Source of the DNA: an uncultured Bacteroidales bacterium
GTDB lineage: Bacteria > Bacteroidota > Bacteroidia > Bacteroidales > UBA10428
Assembly (NCBI GenBank): GCA_964618645.1
Contig: CAZUBW010000010.1
Location: forward strand, 282-64,281
Direction: 5' to 3'
DNA length: 64,000 nucleotides
Positions 42,537-51,500 of this stretch are shown here, one piece after another. The notes beneath the pieces were generated by a model, which was given only the letters and a program-made list of their open reading frames with translations, was not told the origin of the DNA and did not search any database. How positions within the stretch are numbered: position 1 is the stretch's first letter; each line of letters starts with the position of its first letter. A program made the translations under genes and the position numbers.

Positions 42537-43244
42537 ATGTACATGTTACGCACAGCTATTGCAATGGCCCTGCTGATGCTTACCGCATCATCCGGCTCGG
42601 TAATTCTTTCACAGGGCACTATTCAGGAAGGCCGGATCAGGTACACCCCTGGGTTCAAATTCAAGGAAGGCATTTATGTTGGGTTCGACCAGGTAAAGAA
42701 CAACACGCCCATTCCCAAATCGAGTATTATTACCACTGCTGCCTATGACGATCCCGAGTTTGTTGATATGTTGATGAAGGAAAAGAAACTGCAGTTCTTC
42801 GATAACCTGGGCGCCAAACAGGAAATTCCCACCAAAAACATCTGGGGCCATTCGCGTAACGGCATTTTATACATCCGTATCAACAACGAATTCTTCCGGA
42901 TTACGCTGATCGGCAGCATCTGCCATTTTGTAGCCAGCCAGACAACTTATGCCAACGATTATTATAACCCCTATTATTATGGGAATCCCTATTATTCACC
43001 CTATTATAGCCCGTATTACACATCCCAGCGAAACCGGACAGTGGAAATGAAACAGTTTCTGCTCGATTTTAAAACCGGAAACGTACTGGAATACAACGAA
43101 GAAAGTGTGGAAGTGTTATTAATGGCCGATCCCGAGCTGCACGACGAATACACCAGCCAGGGCAAAAAGAAGAAAAAGCAGACCAAGTTCCTGTATATCC
43201 GGAAGTTTAACGAGCGGAACCCGCTTTTTTTTCCGCAAAACTGA
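42537..43244 (+). CDS. hypothetical secreted protein with Tyr/Pro-rich low-complexity segment
   Basis: Signal peptide, then an NDYYNPYYYGNPYYSPYYSPYYTS segment and a Lys-rich stretch (GKKKKKQ). I recognise no family. Confidence 0.6.
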   Translation: MYMLRTAIAMALLMLTASSGSVILSQGTIQEGRIRYTPGFKFKEGIYVGFDQVKNNTPIPKSSIITTAAYDDPEFVDMLMKEKKLQFFDNLGAKQEIPTKNIWGHSRNGILYIRINNEFFRITLIGSICHFVASQTTYANDYYNPYYYGNPYYSPYYSPYYTSQRNRTVEMKQFLLDFKTGNVLEYNEESVEVLLMADPELHDEYTSQGKKKKKQTKFLYIRKFNERNPLFFPQN

Positions 43245-43355
43245 TGTGGTGACATGCAGGGCAATTACCATAACGCACATACACAGGTAACACCTGGTGA
43301 TGAAAATTTCAATCAGATATAATTTTTACGCATATTAACTTTAATATCCATACCA

Positions 43356-44201
43356 ATGAAAAATGTAATGATTTCATTATTGGTTGCAGCTATCTGCTTA
43401 CCGTTATTTGGCCAGGGTTATGTACCATCGCGCGAAGATGTGGATGCTTTTTTTACGACCAAAACACTGGTGGTGCTCGAAGACAATCCGCTGATGGAAT
43501 ACAATAAAATTATCAAAAAAGTAATGGAACAGGAATGGACCATTACTGAATTCGATTTCATTTCCAACAAGGAATTCGAAGAGAAGCGGATGGACGCTCA
43601 GTATTCATTCATTTACACTGCCCAGGTGACTTTTGAAGCCGACAAAACCGATGCTGCTTACCGGTTTTTGCACCTTTCACTTGGCGGCGATTATTTCAGG
43701 CTGAACGAGATGCCTGATATTGCCTCGGTGCCACTGGCCTATTACAATGTCGAAGAAGATCGTTATGCCTACAAACTTGCCATCCTGGTGAGGTTTATAC
43801 AGAATCATGCCAAACTTGTCAAGGAACATCCCGAGATCATCTCCGCCAATGTTTTTAAACACTACAACGACAACATAAAGGATATCAGGGACAAAACCCT
43901 GTACCTGCTCGAAGAGGAGCTGGCGCCATCGGTTAACACCGAAGCCAAAATCAAAAAGGTGTATCCTTATAAGTTCGAATTGGTTACGCCCGAGGATATT
44001 GAGGCTGCCATTAAAGAGCGTGATTCCGACGTAGTGTTTCTGCATAAGGTGGGTCCCGAAGGCACCAAACTCGATGCACGCAGTTACAAGGTTATTATAG
44101 GTGCAGCCGATGCCAATTTTTACTATTTCGATTACCATAAAATCAGCAATAAGAATCCAGACGGTTTTCTTGAATCGGACTTCAAGAGCCTTGTGAAATA
44201 A
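43356..44201 (+). CDS. hypothetical secreted protein (281 aa)
   Basis: Signal peptide MKNVMISLLVAAICLPLFGQ. Coding-like composition. I recognise no family. Confidence 0.6.
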   Translation: MKNVMISLLVAAICLPLFGQGYVPSREDVDAFFTTKTLVVLEDNPLMEYNKIIKKVMEQEWTITEFDFISNKEFEEKRMDAQYSFIYTAQVTFEADKTDAAYRFLHLSLGGDYFRLNEMPDIASVPLAYYNVEEDRYAYKLAILVRFIQNHAKLVKEHPEIISANVFKHYNDNIKDIRDKTLYLLEEELAPSVNTEAKIKKVYPYKFELVTPEDIEAAIKERDSDVVFLHKVGPEGTKLDARSYKVIIGAADANFYYFDYHKISNKNPDGFLESDFKSLVK

Positions 44202-44279
44202 GAATGCCAAAAATCTGTTGTGGCAATGCCAAATATTTAGTATTTTCATTGCTGATTTGACGCTATTATCCATTATACA

Positions 44280-45026
44280 ATGAGAGTAACTGCCTTCGTG
44301 TTATTTTGCCTGCTGTTGCCGTGTTCCTGGCTTTCGGCCCAGGACAGTCCCCAAGTAAAAGCTTTGCTGGCTGAAGCAGATGCGCTGGTTAATCAGCAAA
44401 TGCTGACTGAAGCGCTCGCAAAAACACGGGAGGCGGTTGATATTTCTCCCGCCAGTCATGCGGCCATGCAAAAGCAGATCAATATTCTTTTTCTGATGAA
44501 CGATGAAAAGGAATCTGTCAGGCTGGTTGACGAGGCCGTACGCCAATACCCAAACGAAGCCATGTATCATTACCTTCGGGGTATTATTAACAATGGCAGG
44601 CAGCGGTATTCCAAAGCGCTCGACGATTTTACCCGTGCCATCGACCTGAACCCGCCGGATATTCTCTACCGTTGTTACCTGGGCAGGGGGGTGAGTTATT
44701 TTAACCTTATCGAATACGATAACGCGCTCTCTGATCTTACCCTTTCCATAGAGCAAAACGATACAGTGGCAAGTGCTTTTTCGAGCCGTGCCATGGTTAA
44801 TTACGAGCTGCGTGACTATGAATCGGCCATTGATGATTTTCTGCGGGCACTTGACCTTTCAGCAGGAAGTTCAGCGCTGTATTTTAACCTGGGTATGTCA
44901 TATTACCGGCTCGAGCAGAAGGAAAAAGCCTGCCCGTATTTTCATAAATCCTGTACTATGGGGAATACCAATGCATGCCGCATGACCCTCATGGAGTGTG
45001 CCAAGGCAATACCCGTTATACCTTGA
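44280..45026 (+). CDS. TPR-repeat protein with Cys-rich C-terminus
   Basis: Signal peptide. Several TPR units (YSKALDDFTRAIDLNP, YDNALSDLTLSIEQN, YESAIDDFLRALDL). The C-terminus reads ACPYFHKSCTMGNTNACRMTLMEC. Confidence 0.75.
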   Translation: MRVTAFVLFCLLLPCSWLSAQDSPQVKALLAEADALVNQQMLTEALAKTREAVDISPASHAAMQKQINILFLMNDEKESVRLVDEAVRQYPNEAMYHYLRGIINNGRQRYSKALDDFTRAIDLNPPDILYRCYLGRGVSYFNLIEYDNALSDLTLSIEQNDTVASAFSSRAMVNYELRDYESAIDDFLRALDLSAGSSALYFNLGMSYYRLEQKEKACPYFHKSCTMGNTNACRMTLMECAKAIPVIP

Positions 45027-45070
45027 AAAATCAGACAGGCATCACCCGATCAGGAGAAACCAACGCGAGA

Positions 45071-47074
45071 ATGGACCTTTCGGTTATTATCGTCAATTAC
45101 AATGTAAAGTATTTTCTCGAACAATGTCTTCATGCGGTAATGATGGCTGTTCAGAAGCTTGAGGCCGAGGTTATTGTGGTGGACAATTGTTCGGCCGACG
45201 GTTCGGCTGGCATGATCAGGGAGAAATTTCCGCAGGTAAAGCTGCTGGCAAATGACGTTAATGTCGGATTTGCGAAGGCCAACAACCAGGCCATTACCTT
45301 GAGTTCGGGCAGGTATATTTTACTGCTCAATCCCGATACCGTGGTGCAGGAAGACACTTTTGTCCGGTGCCTCGGTTTCATGGAGGCTCATCCCGATACC
45401 GGCTGCCTGGGCGTAAAAATGATCGACGGCAAAGGTAATTTTCTCCCCGAGTCGAAAAGAGCGCTGCCAACACCGCTTGTAGCTTTTTACAAAGTATTTG
45501 GACTTTCGGCCCTTTTCCCAAAATCGCGAAAGTTTGGCAAATATCACCTGACCTATCTCGATCGGGACGAAATTCACCAGGTAGATGTTATATCGGGGGC
45601 TTTTATGCTTATCAACCGGCAGGCACTCGAAAAGACCGGGCTGCTTGATGAGGATTTTTTCATGTACGGCGAGGATATTGATCTATCGTACAGGTTTACC
45701 CTGGCCGGGTATAAAAATGTTTATTTTCCGCAAACCACCATCATCCATTACAAGGGCGAAAGCACCAAAAAAGGCAGTATAAATTACGTGCTGGTTTTTT
45801 ATAGAGCCATGATTATTTTCGCCCGCAAGCATTTTAAGGAAAGTACCTTCAGATATTATTCGCTTTTCATTCACCTGGCCATTTATTTCAGGGCCGGGAT
45901 ATCCATACTGACCAGGTTTATCAATAATATTATTACCCCTTTGCTGGATGCCGCGGTTATTTATGCGGGATACCTGCTGCTGCAACCAGTGTGGGCAAGG
46001 CATCATTTCGGACAGTCAGGTTATTATCCCCAGGAATTTCTGACTTTGGCGGTACCGGCTTATATAGTCGTCTGGATGCTGATGATCTTTATCTTCACCG
46101 GCTACGAGTCGAGGGTGAAAATCACCGATCTGCTGCGGAGTGTATTTCTGGGCACCCTTGTAATACTGGCAGGTTATGCCTTATTGCCCGAAAGCTGGCG
46201 ATTTTCGCGGGCGCTGATTATTCTTGGAACTTTATGGACATTGTTTGCAACAATTTCCATACGCTATTTGTTAAGTAGGATAAACCCTGGTTTTTTTTCG
46301 CTTGAATGTTTTAAAAGGCGGAAAAGGATTATCCTTATCGGGGATAAAAACGAAAACGACAGGGTTTATTCAATAATCAAACAAACACAGGTTGTGCCTG
46401 AATTAGTAGGTTATGTAAATGTGTCCGGCGGACACGACGATCCCCTGTTCATAGGGCATATCGGTCGTATCGAAGAAATTGTAAGGATCAACAAGGTTGA
46501 TGAAATCGTTTTTTGTGCTGCCAGCATGTCTTCGCAGGATATTATCCGAACCATGCTTCAGTTTACCGATAGCGGTGTTGCGTTCAAGATTGCGCCTCCC
46601 GAAAGCCTGTCGGTTATCGGCAGTAATTCAGTTGATACCAGCGGGGAACTCTACGTTTTACATTTCAACACTTTGTCGCGCCGGTTGAACAAACGCAAGA
46701 AGCGGCTTTTTGATATGTTATTTTCACTGGCATTGCTGGTCGTAAGCCCTGTAGCGTTGTTTCTGATCAAGCACCCTGCCGGACTAATCCGTAATATTTT
46801 AGGAACCATGTTGGGCATGACTTCCTGGGTGGGATACTATCATTCTACCGGTGGTCATCATCCGGGTTTGCCGGCTGTGAAACCGGGAGTGCTTACGCCG
46901 CTTGATGTTCCGGGTCTCAGTGGAACAACTACGGCATCTGTTGAGCAGGCTAATCTATTGTATGCAAAGGATTACCGGATTATGCACGACTTGAAAATTA
47001 CCCTTCGGAATTTTCCGTTGCTTGGACGCAAACCGGTAATACCCGATGAGGCCGGTTTAAATGAGAAAGAATAA
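45071..47074 (+). CDS. family 2 glycosyltransferase fused to a polytopic membrane / CoA_binding_3-like / truncated sugar-transferase-like region
   Basis: N-terminus LSVIIVNYN...VVDNCSADGS...NVGFAKANN...LLNPD is GT2. Next come about 5 TM helices, then a Rossmann-like segment (RIILIGDKNEN...VDEIVFCA). Then KRLFDMLFSLALLVVSPVALFLIK, as in Bac_transf enzymes. The start is moved to the ATG at 45071. Confidence 0.8.
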   Translation: MDLSVIIVNYNVKYFLEQCLHAVMMAVQKLEAEVIVVDNCSADGSAGMIREKFPQVKLLANDVNVGFAKANNQAITLSSGRYILLLNPDTVVQEDTFVRCLGFMEAHPDTGCLGVKMIDGKGNFLPESKRALPTPLVAFYKVFGLSALFPKSRKFGKYHLTYLDRDEIHQVDVISGAFMLINRQALEKTGLLDEDFFMYGEDIDLSYRFTLAGYKNVYFPQTTIIHYKGESTKKGSINYVLVFYRAMIIFARKHFKESTFRYYSLFIHLAIYFRAGISILTRFINNIITPLLDAAVIYAGYLLLQPVWARHHFGQSGYYPQEFLTLAVPAYIVVWMLMIFIFTGYESRVKITDLLRSVFLGTLVILAGYALLPESWRFSRALIILGTLWTLFATISIRYLLSRINPGFFSLECFKRRKRIILIGDKNENDRVYSIIKQTQVVPELVGYVNVSGGHDDPLFIGHIGRIEEIVRINKVDEIVFCAASMSSQDIIRTMLQFTDSGVAFKIAPPESLSVIGSNSVDTSGELYVLHFNTLSRRLNKRKKRLFDMLFSLALLVVSPVALFLIKHPAGLIRNILGTMLGMTSWVGYYHSTGGHHPGLPAVKPGVLTPLDVPGLSGTTTASVEQANLLYAKDYRIMHDLKITLRNFPLLGRKPVIPDEAGLNEKE

Positions 47075-47076
47075 TT

Positions 47077-48366
47077 ATGGCCATTGCTGAAGTTATTTTG
47101 CCTGCTATGGGCGAAGGTATTGTAGAAGCTACCATAACCCGCTGGCTTGCCATTGAGGGCCAGCAGGTGAGCGCTGATCATCCATTGGTTGAGGTAGCTA
47201 CCGACAAGGTCGATTCCGAGATCCCTTCGCCGGTGGAAGGCAGGATCATTAAACTGGTATACCGCGAAGGAGATATCCCCAAAGTGGGAGAGGTAATTGC
47301 CCTGATTGAAACCGACAAGCCTCTTGAAGCGGGTATTCTTTTGTCCGGGGCAGAAAGGGTTCCGTTGGATTCTGCCGGTATACCTTTACCCACAGTTCAG
47401 GTACCGGAAAAGATTCCTGTTTTACACCCTGGGGAAAACAAAAAACTTCTGATATCACCGCTTGTTCGGATGCTTGCACGGCAACGCGGAATTTCACAGG
47501 AAGAGCTTATACAGTTTAAAGGGACAGGAAAAGATGGCCGGGTAACACGGGAGGATATCAGCCATTATAACCGGGGTACTTACCACCAGGCTGTCAATAC
47601 CGACGATAATGCGGCGGCATTGTCATCAAATAACCATAAAGCAGTTCATGCTGGTCCGGACGATGAGATTTCCGAAATGGACCGTATGCGCCGGCTTATT
47701 GCCGGTCATATGTTGCATTCGAAGCAGGTAGCTCCGCACGTCACGGTTTTTGCAGAAGCTGATATTTCGGCGCTGGTCGCCTGGCGTGCAAATTACAAGG
47801 ATACGTTTTTAAGAAAAGAGGGTGCAAGGCTTACTTTTACACCTTTGTTTATAGAGGCCGTTGTGGATGCACTTAAGGCATTTCCCCGGATAAACGCTTC
47901 CGTTGCAGGTGATAATATCATTCTGCGCAGGAACATTAATATTGGAATTGCCACTGCATTGCCCGACGGTAACCTCATTGTACCCGTTATTAAAAATGCC
48001 GATCATGACAGCCTGGGAAGTCTCGCCCGTAAGGTCGAAGACCTGGCCGGCCGTGCCCGTGAAGGCTTGCTGCTGCCAGCCGAAATAAAGGAAGGCACAT
48101 TTACCATTACCAATATCGGACAGTATAACAACCTCACCGGAACCCCCATTATCAACCAGCCCGAATCCGCCATTCTTGCCCTGGGCACCATTACCAAAAA
48201 GCCCTGGGCGGTGAAATCCCACGGGGATTATGGGATAGCTGTCCGCGATATCATTATGTTGTCACTTACTTTCGATCATCGCATCATCGATGGTGCCCTG
48301 GGTGGAAGTTTCCTCAGTCGTGTTGTCAAAAATCTTGAGCAATCCGATCCTGAGCGGCAGGTATAG
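47077..48366 (+). CDS. 2-oxoacid dehydrogenase E2 component (dihydrolipoamide acyltransferase)
   Basis: Lipoyl domain with VEVATDKVDSEIPSPVEGRI. E3-binding segment SPLVRMLARQRGIS...GTGKDGRVTRED. Catalytic motif LSLTFDHRIIDGA. Confidence 0.92.
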   Translation: MAIAEVILPAMGEGIVEATITRWLAIEGQQVSADHPLVEVATDKVDSEIPSPVEGRIIKLVYREGDIPKVGEVIALIETDKPLEAGILLSGAERVPLDSAGIPLPTVQVPEKIPVLHPGENKKLLISPLVRMLARQRGISQEELIQFKGTGKDGRVTREDISHYNRGTYHQAVNTDDNAAALSSNNHKAVHAGPDDEISEMDRMRRLIAGHMLHSKQVAPHVTVFAEADISALVAWRANYKDTFLRKEGARLTFTPLFIEAVVDALKAFPRINASVAGDNIILRRNINIGIATALPDGNLIVPVIKNADHDSLGSLARKVEDLAGRAREGLLLPAEIKEGTFTITNIGQYNNLTGTPIINQPESAILALGTITKKPWAVKSHGDYGIAVRDIIMLSLTFDHRIIDGALGGSFLSRVVKNLEQSDPERQV

Positions 48367-48489
48367 CACCGCTTCTGCATTACAAAAACAAACACCTCAA
48401 TATTCTGATTGTTAAAAGGTATGGATAAACGGTTGATAAATACCGTTCCATAACTTATTGATAGTTATTAATAAATTGTTTTAATTATA

Positions 48490-48497
48490 TAAATTTG
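48490..48497 (+). promoter_or_regulatory. candidate -7 promoter box (TAAATTTG) for TPR-PD40 paralogue 1
   Basis: Exact TAnnTTTG match 19 nt upstream of the ATG at 48517, in a 150-nt AT-rich gap. Confidence 0.45.
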
Positions 48498-48516
48498 TTT
48501 TGTAAGAAGCATAATT

Positions 48517-51500
48517 ATGATACCCTGTAAAACGCTCAAACCCTGCATTATCCTGGTTCTCTTTGTTTTGGCCTTTACACCGGCGGGCCTTGCCCAGGAG
48601 GATGGAAAGTTGAAGGATCTTTTCCTGGAAGCCGAGTCGTATTTTCTTTTTGAAGAATTCAAGGATGCCTTGCCCTTGTACCAGCGGATGCTGGCTGCCG
48701 ATCCCGAGAATTTCAACATCAGCTATAAAATTGGCATATGTTACCTGAATGATATTTACCAGGTTAGCAAATCAATTACCTATCTCGAGAAAGCCGTGCA
48801 AGGCACCAGTCCCGACAGTAAAACCAACAGTTTTAAGGAAAGATTTGCGCCACCCGAAGCGCTTTACTATCTGGGGAATGCCTACCGGGCCAATAATCGC
48901 CTGAAAGAAGCCATTACCACCTACCAGCAGTTTAAAGAAGTGCTCGATCCGCAGGTATACGATGCCGAGCTGGTTGACGAGCAGATTCAAGCCTGCCGGG
49001 TGGCAGAACAGCAACAGCAGCAACCTATGCATTACGTGGCAGTGAATGTTGGCGAGCCCATCAATAACCGCTTCGAAGAGTTAAATCCCGTTATCTCGGG
49101 AGATGAGAAAGTGATGTTGTTTACCCGCAGGTTGCAGTTTTACGATGCCGTATTTTATACACGCCGCGACAATGGCAGATGGACCGATCCAATTAACCTG
49201 ACACCCTCGTTCGGACTCGACGGAAACTCATACACTACCGGTCTTTCATACAACGGCGATGAAGTATTCGTATACCGGAGCGATAATTTTGACGGGAATT
49301 TGTATTCCAGCCGGTATCGTAACGGCAAGTGGTCCGAACTCGAAAAGCTGAACGGCAATATCAACACCAAATACTGGGAATCACATGCCACATTGTCAAA
49401 GGATGGCAAAACACTGTATTTTACCAGTAACCGTGAGGGTGGCTATGGCGGACTTGATATTTACCGCTCCGAACGAACCAGGGGGGGCGACTGGGGGCCG
49501 GCAGTAAATTTAGGCCCGGCTGTTAATTCGCGTTTCAACGAAGATACACCTTTTATAACAGAGGATGACAATGCGTTGTATTTCAGTTCAATGGGGCATA
49601 GCAACATGGGGGGGTACGATATTTTTTACAGTACCCGTTCAGGTGGCGGACAATGGTCTGCTCCGGTAAATATAGGATTTCCGCTCAATACCACACGCGA
49701 CGATCAGTTCTTTGTTCCTGTTGGTTCGGGAGCTTATGGATATTATTCGCGTTACGACGTTAACGATACGTATGGCATGCGCGATATATATAAACTTGAG
49801 GTTTTTACACCACTTCATCCACGCAAATTTATTCTCAACGGTGTTGCCAGGGTAGGTGGAGAGTCAAACCCCGATTATTCGCAGATTACTGCCACACTCG
49901 TCGATCAGAAAACGGGCAGAATTGTTGATCAGTCGCGTTTGAATGCCGATGGGTCTTACACGCTCAATGCCCTTTCGGGCGATTTTGATTTGCAGATGCG
50001 GGGCGAAGGCATACGCGAAAACCACGAAAGAATTTCCATACCCATTAACAATCCCTCCAATATTGTAGTTCACTCTTCGATGCTCACCGCAGCCGCCTCT
50101 GAAGCCGGAGCTGACGAAACGGTCACGGTTGGTATGGTTGAGGTTTCAGCCGGCCCCGAATTACATATTCCGGTGTCGAGCTACAACGTTACCACCAACG
50201 AATCCATTCCCATACGTCTCGACCTTGAAAGAAATACCAGGCTGAAGGTGGCTACCATTTTAAATGATACGCTGCTAAAAACTGAACATTTCGACGTGAA
50301 AAGGCGAAGGTTTGTTTACATGCTCACGCCGGAGCCCGGTATTAATAAATTGCGGTTTACGCTTATTAACAGTAAAGGCGACAGTACCATCCGGGAGGTA
50401 ACGGTTATGTACACGCCGATAGCCGAAGAACCCGAAGATGTGCCGCTGCCGGGCGACAGGGTACTGGCCGATAGTAACCGTTACTCGGGTTTACAACTGA
50501 TGGCCGAAGGCAATCTCGAAAAGTTCCTTGGACAAGCTGGAATAAAGAAAAGGAAGTTTGACAGTGTGGCAGATCTTTACGAATTCCTGTTAAAAAATGC
50601 AGCCGAAAATGGTTACACCGCGCAGGATGTGGATGAACTGATGACCCGTTTCCTTTCGCAGAAAGACCTGAACCTGTTTTATGACGAACTCATGCATCAT
50701 GCACCTGACAGTCTGTCAAGGTCGCTTGGCAGGCTTAATCCTGCAGCCAATCATATTTACACTGCCGAGTCCCTGCTCGACCATTTGTATGAGCATGCCA
50801 CCGGTGAGCAATACAGCCTGAAGGAGCTTCGTGAAACACTGTATAGCCTTGCTGCATTGCACCGCGATCCGCGAGAGCTTATCGGTTTGTTCGAATCGTA
50901 TGCAAGGGGTGAACTGGGCGCCATGCTGGGTACCATGGCGGAAAACTGGCAGGCATATCCCGATACCCGGTCTGTGGCCGATCACATTATGAAAGAGGCA
51001 GAAAATAAGGTGTTTCCGCTCGAACAACTCGATGAAATGTTGAGGCTGGCGGCATCCGACATCAATGCCCGTTTCCTTGAACAGGCACTGTTATACACCT
51101 CTTCTGAAAACCTTAGGCAGGCATTGCTTACATTAAATACCGAAAAGCAGGGTATCCGGAATTCCAGGGAGCTGATTAGTTACCTCCTTGGTAATGCCGA
51201 TAAGGGCAATTATTCGCGCCGGGAATTGCTTGAAAATATTGAGAAAATACGCAGAGACCCCTATTATTACATTGATCTGCTTCGTAAGATGTTGGCGGAA
51301 AGGGCATCAGGAACACTCAAGGAGTTTCTGCAGGAGATTGATGTGAGGAGTCTCAGGCTGACCACTTTCGAGGATCTTTTGGATTACCTGTTGAACCAAT
51401 CGCAGTTCCGCGATTACAATCGCGAAATGGTGTACCAGTTGCTCATTGATATCATCAATCCGCGTAATGTGGCCGAATTTCTCGAAATGCTCAGGGTGCA

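Noticed and set aside
42392-42619. 75-aa minus-strand ORF in the large intergenic region upstream of 42537
   Set aside because: It overlaps the start and signal peptide of the plus-strand gene and spans its candidate -7 box. It has no motifs.
43677-44273. 198-aa minus-strand ORF
   Set aside because: It is antisense to the 281-aa signal-peptide protein (43356-44201). It has no signal peptide or motif, and its composition is mirror-like. The plus-strand gene is preferred, though neither has family support.
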